Source: Octopus bimaculoides
Lineage: Eukaryota
NCBI RefSeq assembly: GCF_001194135.2
Contig: NC_068992.1
Span: 36,477,803 to 36,527,008 of the forward strand
Length of the DNA stretch: 49,206 nt
Direction of reading: 5' to 3'
Below, piece by piece: positions 22,747 to 33,740 of this stretch (its first letter is position 1; each line of letters opens with the position of its first letter). Position numbers and translations under genes: made by a program. The notes beneath the pieces were generated by a model that saw nothing but the letters and a program-made list of their open reading frames with translations, was not told the DNA's origin and did not search any database.

Positions 22747-23790
22747 CATGTGGTAGCTTTCCTTCCATCCACACTGACTGATATTATGCTACCTCCAGGA
22801 AGAAGGATCTGGTCCGAGATGAGATCCATATTCTTTTGAGTTGTCTGGTTGAGGAGTTCTGGGATCATCGCAGATCAGTTCTCCAGGATTTTCGAGTTTT
22901 CCTCGATGCCTATCGTTACTGCAGCAATTGGCAAAGGAATGGTTATTTCTGGCGGCTCCTGTAGAATGATGATTTTGGCCAGTCACTGGTCGCAGTACAA
23001 AGGAGACAACAACAGTTCCTGGCTTTTGAGGGAATTCAGAGAGTAATATTTCACTTCCTCCTTTGTACGGAATCTAACTACCATTCCATAGGACCTTCCT
23101 CTCAGTATATATTCCTTTAGATTTCAGATGGAACCTAAAGACTTTTGTCTTTGAGCCTCTGTGGGTCGCTCCTTGTTTTTAATCTGATAGTACGGTGCGT
23201 CACTGTGCGGCGTATCGTATCCTGGATAGTTTCAAGTGAGGTATTTACCTTTACAACTATTCCGTCTCTCTCGACAAGTTGTCTGCCACTTTAAGTTCCT
23301 CTTTAGAGAGTTGTATTCTCTGAAGAGATGACTTGGCTGTTCCAGCGAAGGAAAGTTTAGAGCTAATCCAAGCCGTTGCAGTAGTTTGTTTCTCAGTGCC
23401 TTCGTTGTTTTTATCATTGTTGTTGTTGTTGTTGATGGTGCTGCTGATGTTATACCTGTTGTTGTTGTTGATGATGGTGCTACCGATGTTGCTGTTGTTG
23501 TTCTTGCTGTTGCTACTGATGTTGCTGGTGTTGTTATTTGTTATACTCGCATCACCCGTAGCTTCGCTCGCGAAAGGGCTCTCATTGTTTATATTTTCGA
23601 AATTACTGTTATTATTTCGAACAATGTTGTCGAAAACGGAGTCGTAATTTTTCCGAAGATCTTCTAAAAGATCTTTCTCGATAATATTGGCCCGGTGGCA
23701 CTTCCAGGCCAGAGATTTTTGAAAATTATCCATCGGCGCTGGCCCGAAAGTTCTCCGGAAGAGAGCGACTAGCTGATCTTATTTGGCGCC
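22747..23790 (-). mobile_element. L1/Tx1-clade 5' end and ORF1 (Asn-rich), truncated by Tc1 just before the zinc knuckle
   Basis: Starts MDNFQKSLAWKCH at 23733, has a poly-Asn tract and DQILLPGGSIISVSVDGRKA, and is homologous to 26649-27760. Confidence 0.82.
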
Positions 23791-24162
23791 CAATGTCTCT
23801 ACAAAAAACGTTGCCGCACTTTTCCTCTTCTAATCCTCTATAAAATGCTAAAGTGGACGTTCCACATATCGCAGTGTCCGATTGGCCGAGCGCTGTGAGC
23901 ACATGAACACATTCCACTTTCCAAATGCTCCGCCTCGGTCTCTATTTTCTTTCAACTCTATGAAAGAAACTAGCTGCGGAAATACGTGTTTGGTAAACGC
24001 CGACAACACCTGTTCATCCTCAATGAAGCACTGGAAATGTCGTAGCCTCAGCGCATATCTACGCATCATCAGCCATGGCGTGGGAAGGCCACCATGCAGT
24101 GAGCACTGACAGCAGATAGACCGCCTCACCATCGGGACGCGTCCCTTCCACAAGAAGCGGAA
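23791..24162 (-). mobile_element. L1/Tx1-clade ORF2 post-RT fragment
   Basis: FRFLWKGRVPMVRRSICCQCSLHGGLPTPWLMMRRYALRLRHF. Homologous to 24370-24740(+) and 29395-29945(-). Confidence 0.82.
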
Positions 24163-24745
24163 GATCTCCAGATGGACAAAGACTGGGACAAAGTAAGAGC
24201 AGGGTGACTACTCTCACCAGTTATGGGCTGAGAGAAAGCTATCCCGGAAAGGTCGGGCAGATGTGGCTAACGCGTATATCGCATCCATCATCTATTATCG
24301 CTTGACTGTCGTACCTTGTCGCTGGCTACCGTCTGATTACGCTGAAGTGTATAGTCTTCCACTGCTTGTGAAAGGGACGCGTCCCGATGGTGAGGCGGTC
24401 TCTTTTCTGTTAGCACTCACTGCGTGGAGGCCTGGGCACGCCATGGTTGATGATGCACAGACATGCGCTGAGGCTACGATATCTCCGGTGCTTCCTTGAG
24501 GGTGAACAAGTCTTTTCGCCATCCACCAGACACGTATTACCGCAGCTAGTTTCTTTCATGGAGCTGCAGTCCTCTTCTTCCGAGGAGTATTTGGAAAGTG
24601 GAATGTGTTCAAGCGCTCGCAACCCTCAACCAATAGGACACTGCTATAGGTGGAACGTCCACTTTAGCCTTTTATAGAGGATTAGTGGAGGAAAAGTGCG
24701 ACGACATTTTTGGGACATCGAAGAAGGTCAGCTAGCCACTCTTTT
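24163..24745 (+). mobile_element. L1/Tx1-clade ORF2 post-RT fragment, inverted relative to its neighbours
   Basis: ANAYIASIIYYRLTVVPC... The first 212 bp are a near-identical reverse complement of 21586-21797. Confidence 0.82.
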
Positions 24746-24759
24746 TCCGGAGAACTCTC

Positions 24760-27700
24760 AGATCACTGCTGTCCCAAACAGTTGAGCGAAGCGCTGCTGA
24801 AATAACGCACACATCTGTCTCAGATCAGTTATCATTTGCCCTTCGTGGTTTGGCAAGGATCAGATCTTGGATTTATTTCCACGCCGTGCCTCGGCCACTC
24901 GAGACTACTTAACGGCTTTCGTCCCTGTGTATCTAAGTGCTCATGCCTTAGCTCTGACAACGCAGCCTTCGTGTTTTGCGTTGAAGAATTGGTCGAGTGC
25001 CAATCTCGCTGCGAGCACGTCAGTTACGATGCTTTTTCTAAAAGCCTCATCTAACTTCTTGACGGGCTCTGTTTCTACTCTGCTTCTTTCTACTGATAGT
25101 CTTTTGCTAAAACTTATCGATTCTATTCTAATCGTCCTTTTCAGGGAGGCCCCCGTCAAAACCCTCTTAGTTCACTAATCTTGTCACTGAAATCTTTAAG
25201 CACTGGCAAAGACGTGTTCAGCTTCCAGTAACTGGGTCTCTGTTTATGAAGCCTATGTAAGTCAACTGTACAGATCACGAATTCGTGGTCTGTGTAGTCG
25301 ATTACTTTAAATTGTGGATGACCTCTGCTATCCATATCTGCTACTCTACAGAATACCCTATCTGGATATGATCTGGATGACCCTATGCAGTTTGTCCAGG
25401 TCTACACTAACATATCCGGGAAATCCAGTCAATATCTGTCAGACAGTTGGAATCGCCTGAGCAGGTTTGCGAGGCTTTTGCGCCCTCCTCTCCTATCTGC
25501 TAAACCTACACAGACACACCTTACATGTAAAACTCCATTCCAATCCCCCACTAACATTAAAGAGCGGGACATTCTCAGGAAAGTTTCCAGACGTCTGAAG
25601 AAATCTGGTCGTCCTGCCCCTGTTGAGACATAGATGGCAACTAGCCTGAAAGTTCGTCCTTAGCTGTCTGTCACATCCAGGACCACCGCCTTACCTTCCG
25701 GATCCAGGAAGATCGTCCATATTGCAAGATCCAGATTTTTCCGAATCATCACGGTGACTCCACCTTTCGCTCCCGAACGACTTGGGGATGCATACACCTC
25801 ATAGTCACTGAAAATAGGTCGGAAATCCCGGGAATCAGAAATTCTGGTTTCACTACTGGCCACTACATCGACATTCAGTTCCCTGAGGTCGTTGAGCAGG
25901 TAACCTTGCTTCCAAGGTGATTACATGCCACGTACATTAACGCTGCCTATTCTGTATACGGCCATGTTGTAGGTAAAAGAAGAGAAAAGAAAAGGAAAAC
26001 TTACTTGATTTTGTTTGGAGGGGTGGATTGCCCATCCTTCCTGTTGGTGTTTCCATTAGTAAATCACCAAGAATTCTCTGGGTGATATTCCCTAGAAAAT
26101 CTCCGATTTCCAGTAGAAATTGAGTTTTTAAGTGTGTGTATGTATTTTGCGTTGTTTGAATGATTTGTATTTGTGCAGGTAGGGAGGTTATAGGTGTGAC
26201 AAAATCTTTTGGTGTAATGTTTGTGTTATGTACTTCATTAATTTATTCTTTTTTGTGCTTATTGCTATGTAGTTTGTAAAGTTAGTGCCTTTAATTTGTT
26301 TGTTGCTGTTGTTGCTGTGATTGTTGTGGTTGTGGTTGTGATTGTTGTTGTTGTGGTCGCGTGAGTGGGATGGCTTGTGTTCGAGGTGTTAGAGGTGGTA
26401 GTGTCGATGCAGTGTTTGTTTTGGATGTATTTGCTTTTGTTGTTTTGAGTTTTTTCTTTCTATTTCTTGTGTGGACGAGGATTGTTGTTATTTGTCCATA
26501 TGCTTGTTTTTCTTTTCTGTCACTTTTCCGATTTTGTTTTTGTTAACCTCTACTCGTTATCGCGGTCCAACTCTCCACCTGTGATGTCCACCCGTTCTGG
26601 GAAGTGGAACATTTTCGGGCGTTGAGATGTGTTTGGGGAAACTTGGTGTTAGTATGTTTGTTGGTGTTGGTGGTGAACGGTTGAATCTGCTGATGGTGAT
26701 GGTGCTCCTACTGCTATTGTCACTGGAGTTCTGGTGGCCGTTGTTGGTGTAGGGAGGAGAGGTGCCCGTCTCTCTTTTCCCTTCAGTCCAGTACAACAGG
26801 CTTTTAAATGGTTAGTTGAAAAGCAAATATGGCACTTTGCTTTCCTTCCATCTACCCTGACTGGAATTATGCTGCCTCCAGGAAGAAGGATCTGGTCGGG
26901 GATAAAATCCACATTTTTTTGTGTCGTTCGTATGAAGAGTTCTAGGGTCATCCCAGACCAGTTCTCTTTTTTCGTCTGATAGGCTTCGAGGATTTTCGAG
27001 TTTTCCTCGATGTCTATCGTCACTGCGGTAACTAGCCAAGGAATGGCTATTTCTGACGGCATCTGTTGAATTACGATTTTGACAAGTCACTGACCGCAGT
27101 AGAATTGAAATAAGTGCAGTTCCTCGCTTTTGAGAGGATTCAGAGAGTAACGTTCGGCTTCTTCCTCGGTGCGGAATCGAATGTCTACCATTCCATAGGC
27201 CCTTCCTCTCTGTATATATTCCTTTAGATTCCTGATGGAACCTGAAGGTTTTTGTCTTTGAGCCTCTGTACCTCTTTCCACCCTACTTGATTTTAAACCG
27301 ATTGTACGGTACGTCACAGTGCGGTGTATCGTATCCTAGATTGTTTAGTGGGTGTGGGGTATTTAACTTTACAACTATTCCGTCTCTCTCGACTAGCTGT
27401 CTAGCATTTTTAAGTTCCTCTTCAGAGAAATGTATTCACTGAAGTGATGACTTGGTTGTTCCAACGAAAGAAAGTTTAGAAGAGCTAATCAAGCCGTTGC
27501 ACCGGTTTGTGTCTCAGCTTCTTCATTATTTTTGTCATTGTTGTTGTTGCTTTTGCTGCAGCCGTTGTTGTCGTTGTTGTTGTGGTTGTTCATGGTGCTG
27601 GTGATGTTGTTGTTGCTGTTGTTACTTGTGCTCAATTCATCCATTGCTTCACGAACTCTCATTGTTTACATTTTCGAAATCGCTGTTTTTATTTTGAGCA

Positions 27701-27950
27701 ATGTTGTCAGAAACGAAGCTTTTGCTTTTCCGAAGATCTTCTAACAGATCCTTCTTGAAAAATTGGCTCTGTTGGCCTTTTTGTCCTTTTTGTTTTCGAC
27801 AAAAATACAGCTATCGTCTGCTTTTTTTTCAGCCACAAGTCGCTTTGCACTCACGCACTCTCTCCTATTGACGTTTGGTGATACTTCTCACTTCCCCCCC
27901 TTCTCACATATGTGTGTGTCTTCTCCATGTTGGTGGAGAAAACACAAGCA
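24760..27950 (-). mobile_element. L1/Tx1-clade LINE 5' half: ORF1 with CCHC knuckle, then ORF2 APE and linker
   Basis: ORF1 has KCHICFSTNHLKACC. ORF2 starts at ~25965 (MAVYRIGSVNVRG) with VASSETR, FRLVAIY, LVGDWN, SYPDRVF, YTDHEFV (complete APE motif set, with stops), then FFNAKHEGCVVRAKA. Confidence 0.9.
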
Positions 27951-28168
27951 ACTATGGCTAAAAGACATAATCAATTGACCTGTCCCCCAAAACTGGGGGA
28001 CAAAACAGGAAAATAAACTCACCACTCGACAGCAAATAACTTGTTGTCCACAATGGTATATACTTCAAGGGTACAAATACACATTTTATGATTTTTTTTT
28101 CTTATAAAATTCACGGAGTGAGGTCAAGCGAGGCAGGCCAGGCTGACAGCTATAAATAATAAGTATTA

Positions 28169-28174
28169 ATGATG

Positions 28175-28205
<31 letters not shown>
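28169..28205 (+). repeat. (TAA)n microsatellite
   Basis: Directly visible; it is the 5' flank of the R4 copy. Confidence 0.95.
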
Positions 28206-28207
<2 letters not shown>

Positions 28208-29395
28208 TCGCAGAGATTGAGTAAGCACCTGGATAATAACAACCTGTTTCCAGAAGAGCAGAAGGGATGCTGCAAGGGCTCATACGGCTGTAAAGATCAA
28301 TTAATGATCAATAAAGCCATAACTGAAGACAGCCGCAGAAAGAAGAAAGGCCTCAGTATGGCCTGGATCGACTACCGAAAGGCTTTCGACAGTGTTCCCC
28401 ACACGTGGATCCTCGAAACACTAGCCATAAACAAGGTGGCACCAATTATTATAAAATACATAAGGCACTCTATGAATGAATGGCAGGCAGTGCTACAGCT
28501 CCAAACAAAAGAGGGACTAGTGAAAACGAAAGTCATCCCCTTTAGAAGAGCAATATTCCAGGGAGACACGCTCTCTCCACTCCTGTTCTGCCTGGCACTC
28601 ACACCTTTAACTGAATTGCTAAATAGAACTGGATGCGGATACAAATGTTACGGCAAAACAGTCAGCCACCTTCTATATATGGATAACCTAAAATTATACG
28701 CTAGAAATGATAAAGAGCTGGAAATACTACTACAGACAGTACATGGATTTACCAAGGAAATAGATAAGAAATTCGGATAAGAAAAATGTGCCAAAGCAAC
28801 CCTGAAAAGAGGAAAACTAGTTAAGAGTAGCAACATCACATTAGATAAAGCCAATGATATAAGAGAACTAGACAAAAGCCAACCATACAAATATTTAGGA
28901 ATCAATGAACTAGATAGGATATAACACACACAAATGAAGGAAAAAATAAAGAAAGAGAACTATAGACGAGTTAGATCAATACTAAAAACAGAGCTCAATG
29001 CTAAAAACAAGATAATAGGTATTAACACTTTAGCCGTCCCAGTTATAAGTTGCAGCTACAATATCCTTAACTGGACACTAAACGAACTATCTAAAATAGA
29101 CAGGAAAACAAGAAAAATAATGACAGGATATAGGATGCACCACCCAAAATCTGACATAGAAAGGCTATATATACAACGCACAGAAGGTGGAAGGGGTCTT
29201 ATACAGCTGGAAAACTATTATAAAATAACCACCATAGGACTGCATAAATACCTACTTCAGAAGCAAGGAAAACTAATACAAATAACCACAAAACACGAGC
29301 AAAACAAAAAACTGTTTTCAGTATTTAAGGAAACTGACAAATATAAACAAGAAATCATACTACCTAGCAAATACGAAGAAGAAGAAGAAGAAGAG
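28206..29395 (+). mobile_element. R4/Dong-type LINE RT fragment (best-preserved copy), ends at a (GAA)n junction with a Tx1 piece
   Basis: EEQKGCCKGSYGCKDQLMINK, WIDYRKAFDSVPH, IFQGDTLSPLLFCLALTPL, HLLYMDNLKLY, YKYLGI, MHHPKSDIERLY. Confidence 0.92.
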
Positions 29396-29945
29396 TTCCT
29401 CCGATGGATATCATCGATCTTGTTCGTCGCTCATTCCGCATAGAACTCCAAGTTGGAACTTCCACCGACCGCATTGCCCGATTGGCTGAGCACTATTAAA
29501 GCTTGTCGACACTCCAGGAGGCAAGCATTCTTTTTCGGTCTGCGCTTGGTCCAGGAATGTAGCTCTGAGACGAGTTGCGGAAAATCCCGTCTGGCAAAGG
29601 GCGGCCACACCTGCTCAACGTTAAGAATACGCTGGAAATATCGCAGCCCCAGTACATGCCTGCATACCTTTAGCCATGGCATGCTCTGTCCTCCACTCAG
29701 AGACTTCTGACAACTGATGGACCGCCCGACGAACGGATCACGCCCCTTCCACAGAAAACAGAAGAGCAAACGCTCCAGCTTAATCAGTAACGAAGCAGTG
29801 GAAGACACAACGGTCATGCGATAGTAGATGACGGAAGCGATGTGTATGCATTCGCCTCCTCCACTCGATCCTTTGGGGACTGCTTCCTCAGCCCATTTAT
29901 GAGTGAGACTAGCCACTTTGTTCGTCACCTCCCCAAGTTCTTTTG
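29396..29945 (-). mobile_element. L1/Tx1-clade ORF2 post-RT fragment
   Basis: HIASVIYYRMTVV..LERLLFCFLWKGRDPFVGRSISCQ..GGQSMPWL. Confidence 0.85.
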
Positions 29946-30144
29946 CCTTTGAACATCCGGACCAAAACAGACTTCGTTCAGGATCCTGGACTTATTTTTA
30001 AAGCCTAGTACTTATTCTATCGGTCTTTTTGAAAATATGAATATTATTAAGATGATATTAATATACAGCAAGAATAAAGCACCATATAGGTAGAATTATA
30101 AATATATAAAGCAGGTGCACACGAAGTACGATCATTGCTAGAAA

Positions 30145-30245
30145 TTATTCGGTAGCCATGATAAAACTCCGAGTTTCGGGTGTCGGGGTGGAAACCCACG
30201 CCACCATCCCTTCAGTTATCTGGCCATCGAAAAAATGCTATGAAA
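30145..30245 (+). mobile_element. diverged half-copy of the MITE at 44380-44600
   Basis: ttattcggtagccatgataaaactccgagtttcgggtgtcgggg aligns with the MITE left arm ttattcggttgccataataaaactccgattttcggatgtcaggg. Confidence 0.6.
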
Positions 30246-30384
30246 ATTACCGTTAAACAAAGGGAAATTACTGTGTGATTGACAGTTATTAAGACAAAAG
30301 TCCTATTTGAATAACCGCTAAGTAAGGGGAGGGAGTAAAGGTAAGGGAGTAAAAATGTCCATAGTATTCGCGTAAGCGCACAAG

Positions 30385-30643
30385 TCCATGCATACACATG
30401 CACGCCCGCACGCCCATGTACATGCACCTATATGTATATACTCATCTACCCTCACTTGAAACACACACATGCTCACCCACACATTCGCCTAAAAATATAT
30501 ACTTACCCGAATACACGCTCGCGCACACACACGCGCGCGCACAAAAGGATTCATACACACGTCTATATACGCATATACTCGCATGTACGCGCACACACAC
30601 GTCTATCTACGCATATTCCCGCACACATGCACATACATACGCA

Positions 30644-30678
<35 letters not shown>
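30385..30678. repeat. degenerate (CA)/(TA)/(TG) dinucleotide repeat region
   Basis: Directly visible; it explains the spurious H/T/Y-rich ORFs. Confidence 0.9.
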
Positions 30679-30771
30679 GGGAGAATTTACGAAAAAACAA
30701 CAGACGAAGACAGGTGGTATAAACAACAAATGGATGTATTAGTTTAACGCTCGGGAGTAGAGAAAGTCTTT

Positions 30772-31643
30772 NNNNNNNNNNNNNNNNNNNNNNNNNNNNN
30801 NNNNNNNNNNNNNNNNNNNNNNNNNNNNNNNNNNNNNNNNNNNNNNNNNNNNNNNNNNNNNNNNNNNNNNNNNNNNNNNNNNNNNNNNNNNNNNNNNNNN
30901 NNNNNNNNNNNNNNNNNNNNNNNNNNNNNNNNNNNNNNNNNNNNNNNNNNNNNNNNNNNNNNNNNNNNNNNNNNNNNNNNNNNNNNNNNNNNNNNNNNNN
31001 NNNNNNNNNNNNNNNNNNNNNNNNNNNNNNNNNNNNNNNNNNNNNNNNNNNNNNNNNNNNNNNNNNNNNNNNNNNNNNNNNNNNNNNNNNNNNNNNNNNN
31101 NNNNNNNNNNNNNNNNNNNNNNNNNNNNNNNNNNNNNNNNNNNNNNNNNNNNNNNNNNNNNNNNNNNNNNNNNNNNNNNNNNNNNNNNNNNNNNNNNNNN
31201 NNNNNNNNNNNNNNNNNNNNNNNNNNNNNNNNNNNNNNNNNNNNNNNNNNNNNNNNNNNNNNNNNNNNNNNNNNNNNNNNNNNNNNNNNNNNNNNNNNNN
31301 NNNNNNNNNNNNNNNNNNNNNNNNNNNNNNNNNNNNNNNNNNNNNNNNNNNNNNNNNNNNNNNNNNNNNNNNNNNNNNNNNNNNNNNNNNNNNNNNNNNN
31401 NNNNNNNNNNNNNNNNNNNNNNNNNNNNNNNNNNNNNNNNNNNNNNNNNNNNNNNNNNNNNNNNNNNNNNNNNNNNNNNNNNNNNNNNNNNNNNNNNNNN
31501 NNNNNNNNNNNNNNNNNNNNNNNNNNNNNNNNNNNNNNNNNNNNNNNNNNNNNNNNNNNNNNNNNNNNNNNNNNNNNNNNNNNNNNNNNNNNNNNNNNNN
31601 NNNNNNNNNNNNNNNNNNNNNNNNNNNNNNNNNNNNNNNNNNN
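30772..31643. other. assembly gap (N run)
   Basis: N bases. Confidence 1.
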
Positions 31644-32949
31644 TATATATATATATATATATATATGTACGTATATGTATGTATATGTATGTGTGTGTGG
31701 TGTGTGTGTATGTGTGTGTGATTTATTGTTAATTTTGCTAAAATCATTTTATTTGTTTATATCACAATTTTGGCCATTATCTATGCAAGCGTTTTTGAGT
31801 CACACTTTCTGTTTAGAGTTGAGAGCATTAAACAACAGGGCCATATCTGCTGGAATATGAAGGCTTTGAACAACAAAGTTATTTCTCAAGCACCTTCACC
31901 AAAAGTTTTACTTCAGCACAGAGTAGAAATATGAGTTCAAAATTACTGACTCTCTCTCCATTATTTGCGTCCTTACTCAATATAGCAAATAATTCCCAGT
32001 TCACACATCGGGAGAAGGCTCTATCCTCTACTAAATGTAGTATTAGACGTTTAACCATGAGGGGATCAAACAAATCTGGCATGCTGGAGGCCAGTATATT
32101 AATCAGACGGTAAATGCAGTAGGTTACGTATCACGCACTCAAACCGTATCTTATATGCTGTTATGAACTTTTGGGACGACTCGAGCTTTCTTCACCGAAT
32201 CGTCAAAGTCTAATCTCAGTAGTTCTCTTTTGTGAAATAGCACAGCAATAGTCTTGCTATTGTTTCTTTTTTTGTAAGTGGTTTCATTTCCACTCTTAGT
32301 TACACTTGATGCTCGGTTTATTTTCTCTGAGTACCTATCATATATCAAAGAATCATAGGAAGCGAAGCCTTGTAAAAAAAAGTAAATAAAATTATTGCAT
32401 TTCTTGTCAGTAAAATGATATTTAAACTACTTGACGTACTCGTTATAGACAGATGTTTGTTTATATTTATTTAACATTTGAAGGAATCTGTTATGAAAAG
32501 AATTCAAAGTTTTACAAACATGGGAAAATTGAAATAAAGATTAGAAATATGACAGAAAGTCTAAACAAAAGAAGACTAAGGCTTAATTCGATAGTCATAT
32601 GAGTGATTATCCCAAAGAGCATAGCTTAGCACACGGGATATGGAAAACTATGCAAATAATATTGAACAGTTTTTGTGTGTGGCTAGTCTTGGTTGAGTGA
32701 AACATTTCATAGCTCTCAATTGTGAATTTTCTTTGTTTTGATGGAAAATTATGTACTGATTCTAATCGCAACGAATTGAAGTTTAAGGGGAGAATTAATT
32801 GTTTGTCATCTGATTTCAACTTTACAGAGGGCCTGTGCAAGTCATGGATACAGTGCTGCATGACAATTGGAATTTCCTTATTTGTCATGAAAATAGCAGA
32901 TACAATTAAATGGAACTGCACAACAGTTATTATTATTATTGTTATTACT

Positions 32950-33177
32950 AAGGCGGCGATCCAGCAGAATCGTTAGCACGCTGGACGGAATGCATAACGG
33001 TATTTCGCCCGTCGTTATGTTCGGAATTCAAATTCCGCCGAGGTCGACTTTGCCTTTCATCCTTTTGGGGTCGATAAATTAAGTACCAGTGAAACACTGG
33101 GGTGGGGGTCGATGTAATCGGCTAGTTCCTTCCCACAAAATTTCAGGGCTTGTGCCTTTAGTAGAAAGGATTATTAT
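32950..33177 (+). mobile_element. Nin/Deu-domain SINE, near full length
   Basis: aaggcggcga...gagttc-like B-box, gcctttcatccttttggggtcgataaattaagtaccag core, ...aaaggattatt tail. Preceded by (TTA)n. Confidence 0.85.
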
Positions 33178-33183
33178 CGTTAA

Positions 33184-33262
33184 TAAGGCGGCGAGCTGGC
33201 AGAATCGTTTGCACGTTGGACGTAATAGTTAGCGGTATTTCGCCCGTCGCTACGTTCTCAGT
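33184..33262 (+). mobile_element. Nin/Deu-domain SINE 5' part, tandem to the previous copy and interrupted by another SINE
   Basis: aaggcggcgagctggcagaatcgtttgcacg...gctacgttctcagt. It resumes in degenerate form after 33656. Confidence 0.75.
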
Positions 33263-33645
33263 GGAGGCGCAATGGCCCAGTGGTTAGGGCAGCAGACTCG
33301 CGGTCACAGGATCGCGGTTTCGATTCCCAGACTGGGCGTTGTGAGTGTTTATTGAGCGAAAACACCCATAGCTCCACGAGGCTCCGGCAGGGGATGGTGG
33401 CGAACCCTGCTGTACTCTTTCACCACAACTTTCTCTGATTCTTACTTCCTGTTTCTGTTGTGCTTATAATTCAAAGGGCCAGCCTTGTCACACTGTGTCA
33501 CGCTGAATATCCCCGAGAACTACGTTAAAGGTACACGTGTCTGTGGAGTGCTCAGCCACTTGCACGTTAATTTCACGAGCAGGCTGTTCCGTTGATCGGA
33601 TCAACTGGAACCCTCGACGTCGTAAGCGACGGAGTGCCAACAACA
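33263..33645 (+). mobile_element. full-length tRNA-derived SINE with (CAA)n tail and 11-bp TSD
   Basis: A-box tggcccagtgg, B-box ggtttcgattcc, caacaacaac tail. ACGTTCTCAGT is duplicated at 33252-33262 and 33646-33656. Confidence 0.9.
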
Positions 33646-33740
33646 ACGTTCTCAGTTGTGAATTCTGAATGCTGAAGTAAATTATATTGACTAATCCTCT
33701 CCCCACAAAATTTGCCCTTTTGACAAAATTTGAGACCAAT

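Noticed and set aside
25966-26010. GTAAGT donor and pyrimidine tract just upstream of Tx1 ORF2 (minus strand)
   Set aside because: No AG acceptor before the ATG and it is seen in only one copy, so an intron cannot be supported.
30398-31860. Long ORFs in the track (e.g. 394 aa, 339 aa, 293 aa, 242 aa)
   Set aside because: They are made of N gaps and dinucleotide or trinucleotide repeats, and are not real coding sequence.
31760-31880. Helitron/PIF1-like LFNALNSKQK fragment on minus strand
   Set aside because: No Walker A or Rep motifs nearby, and the match is too short.
32607-32976. 104-aa and 84-aa ORFs / possible exon after tttacag
   Set aside because: No recognisable domain, and no consistent donor before the microsatellite.
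33263-33340. tRNA gene
   Set aside because: It continues into a ~300-bp SINE body with a tail and TSD; it is a SINE head.
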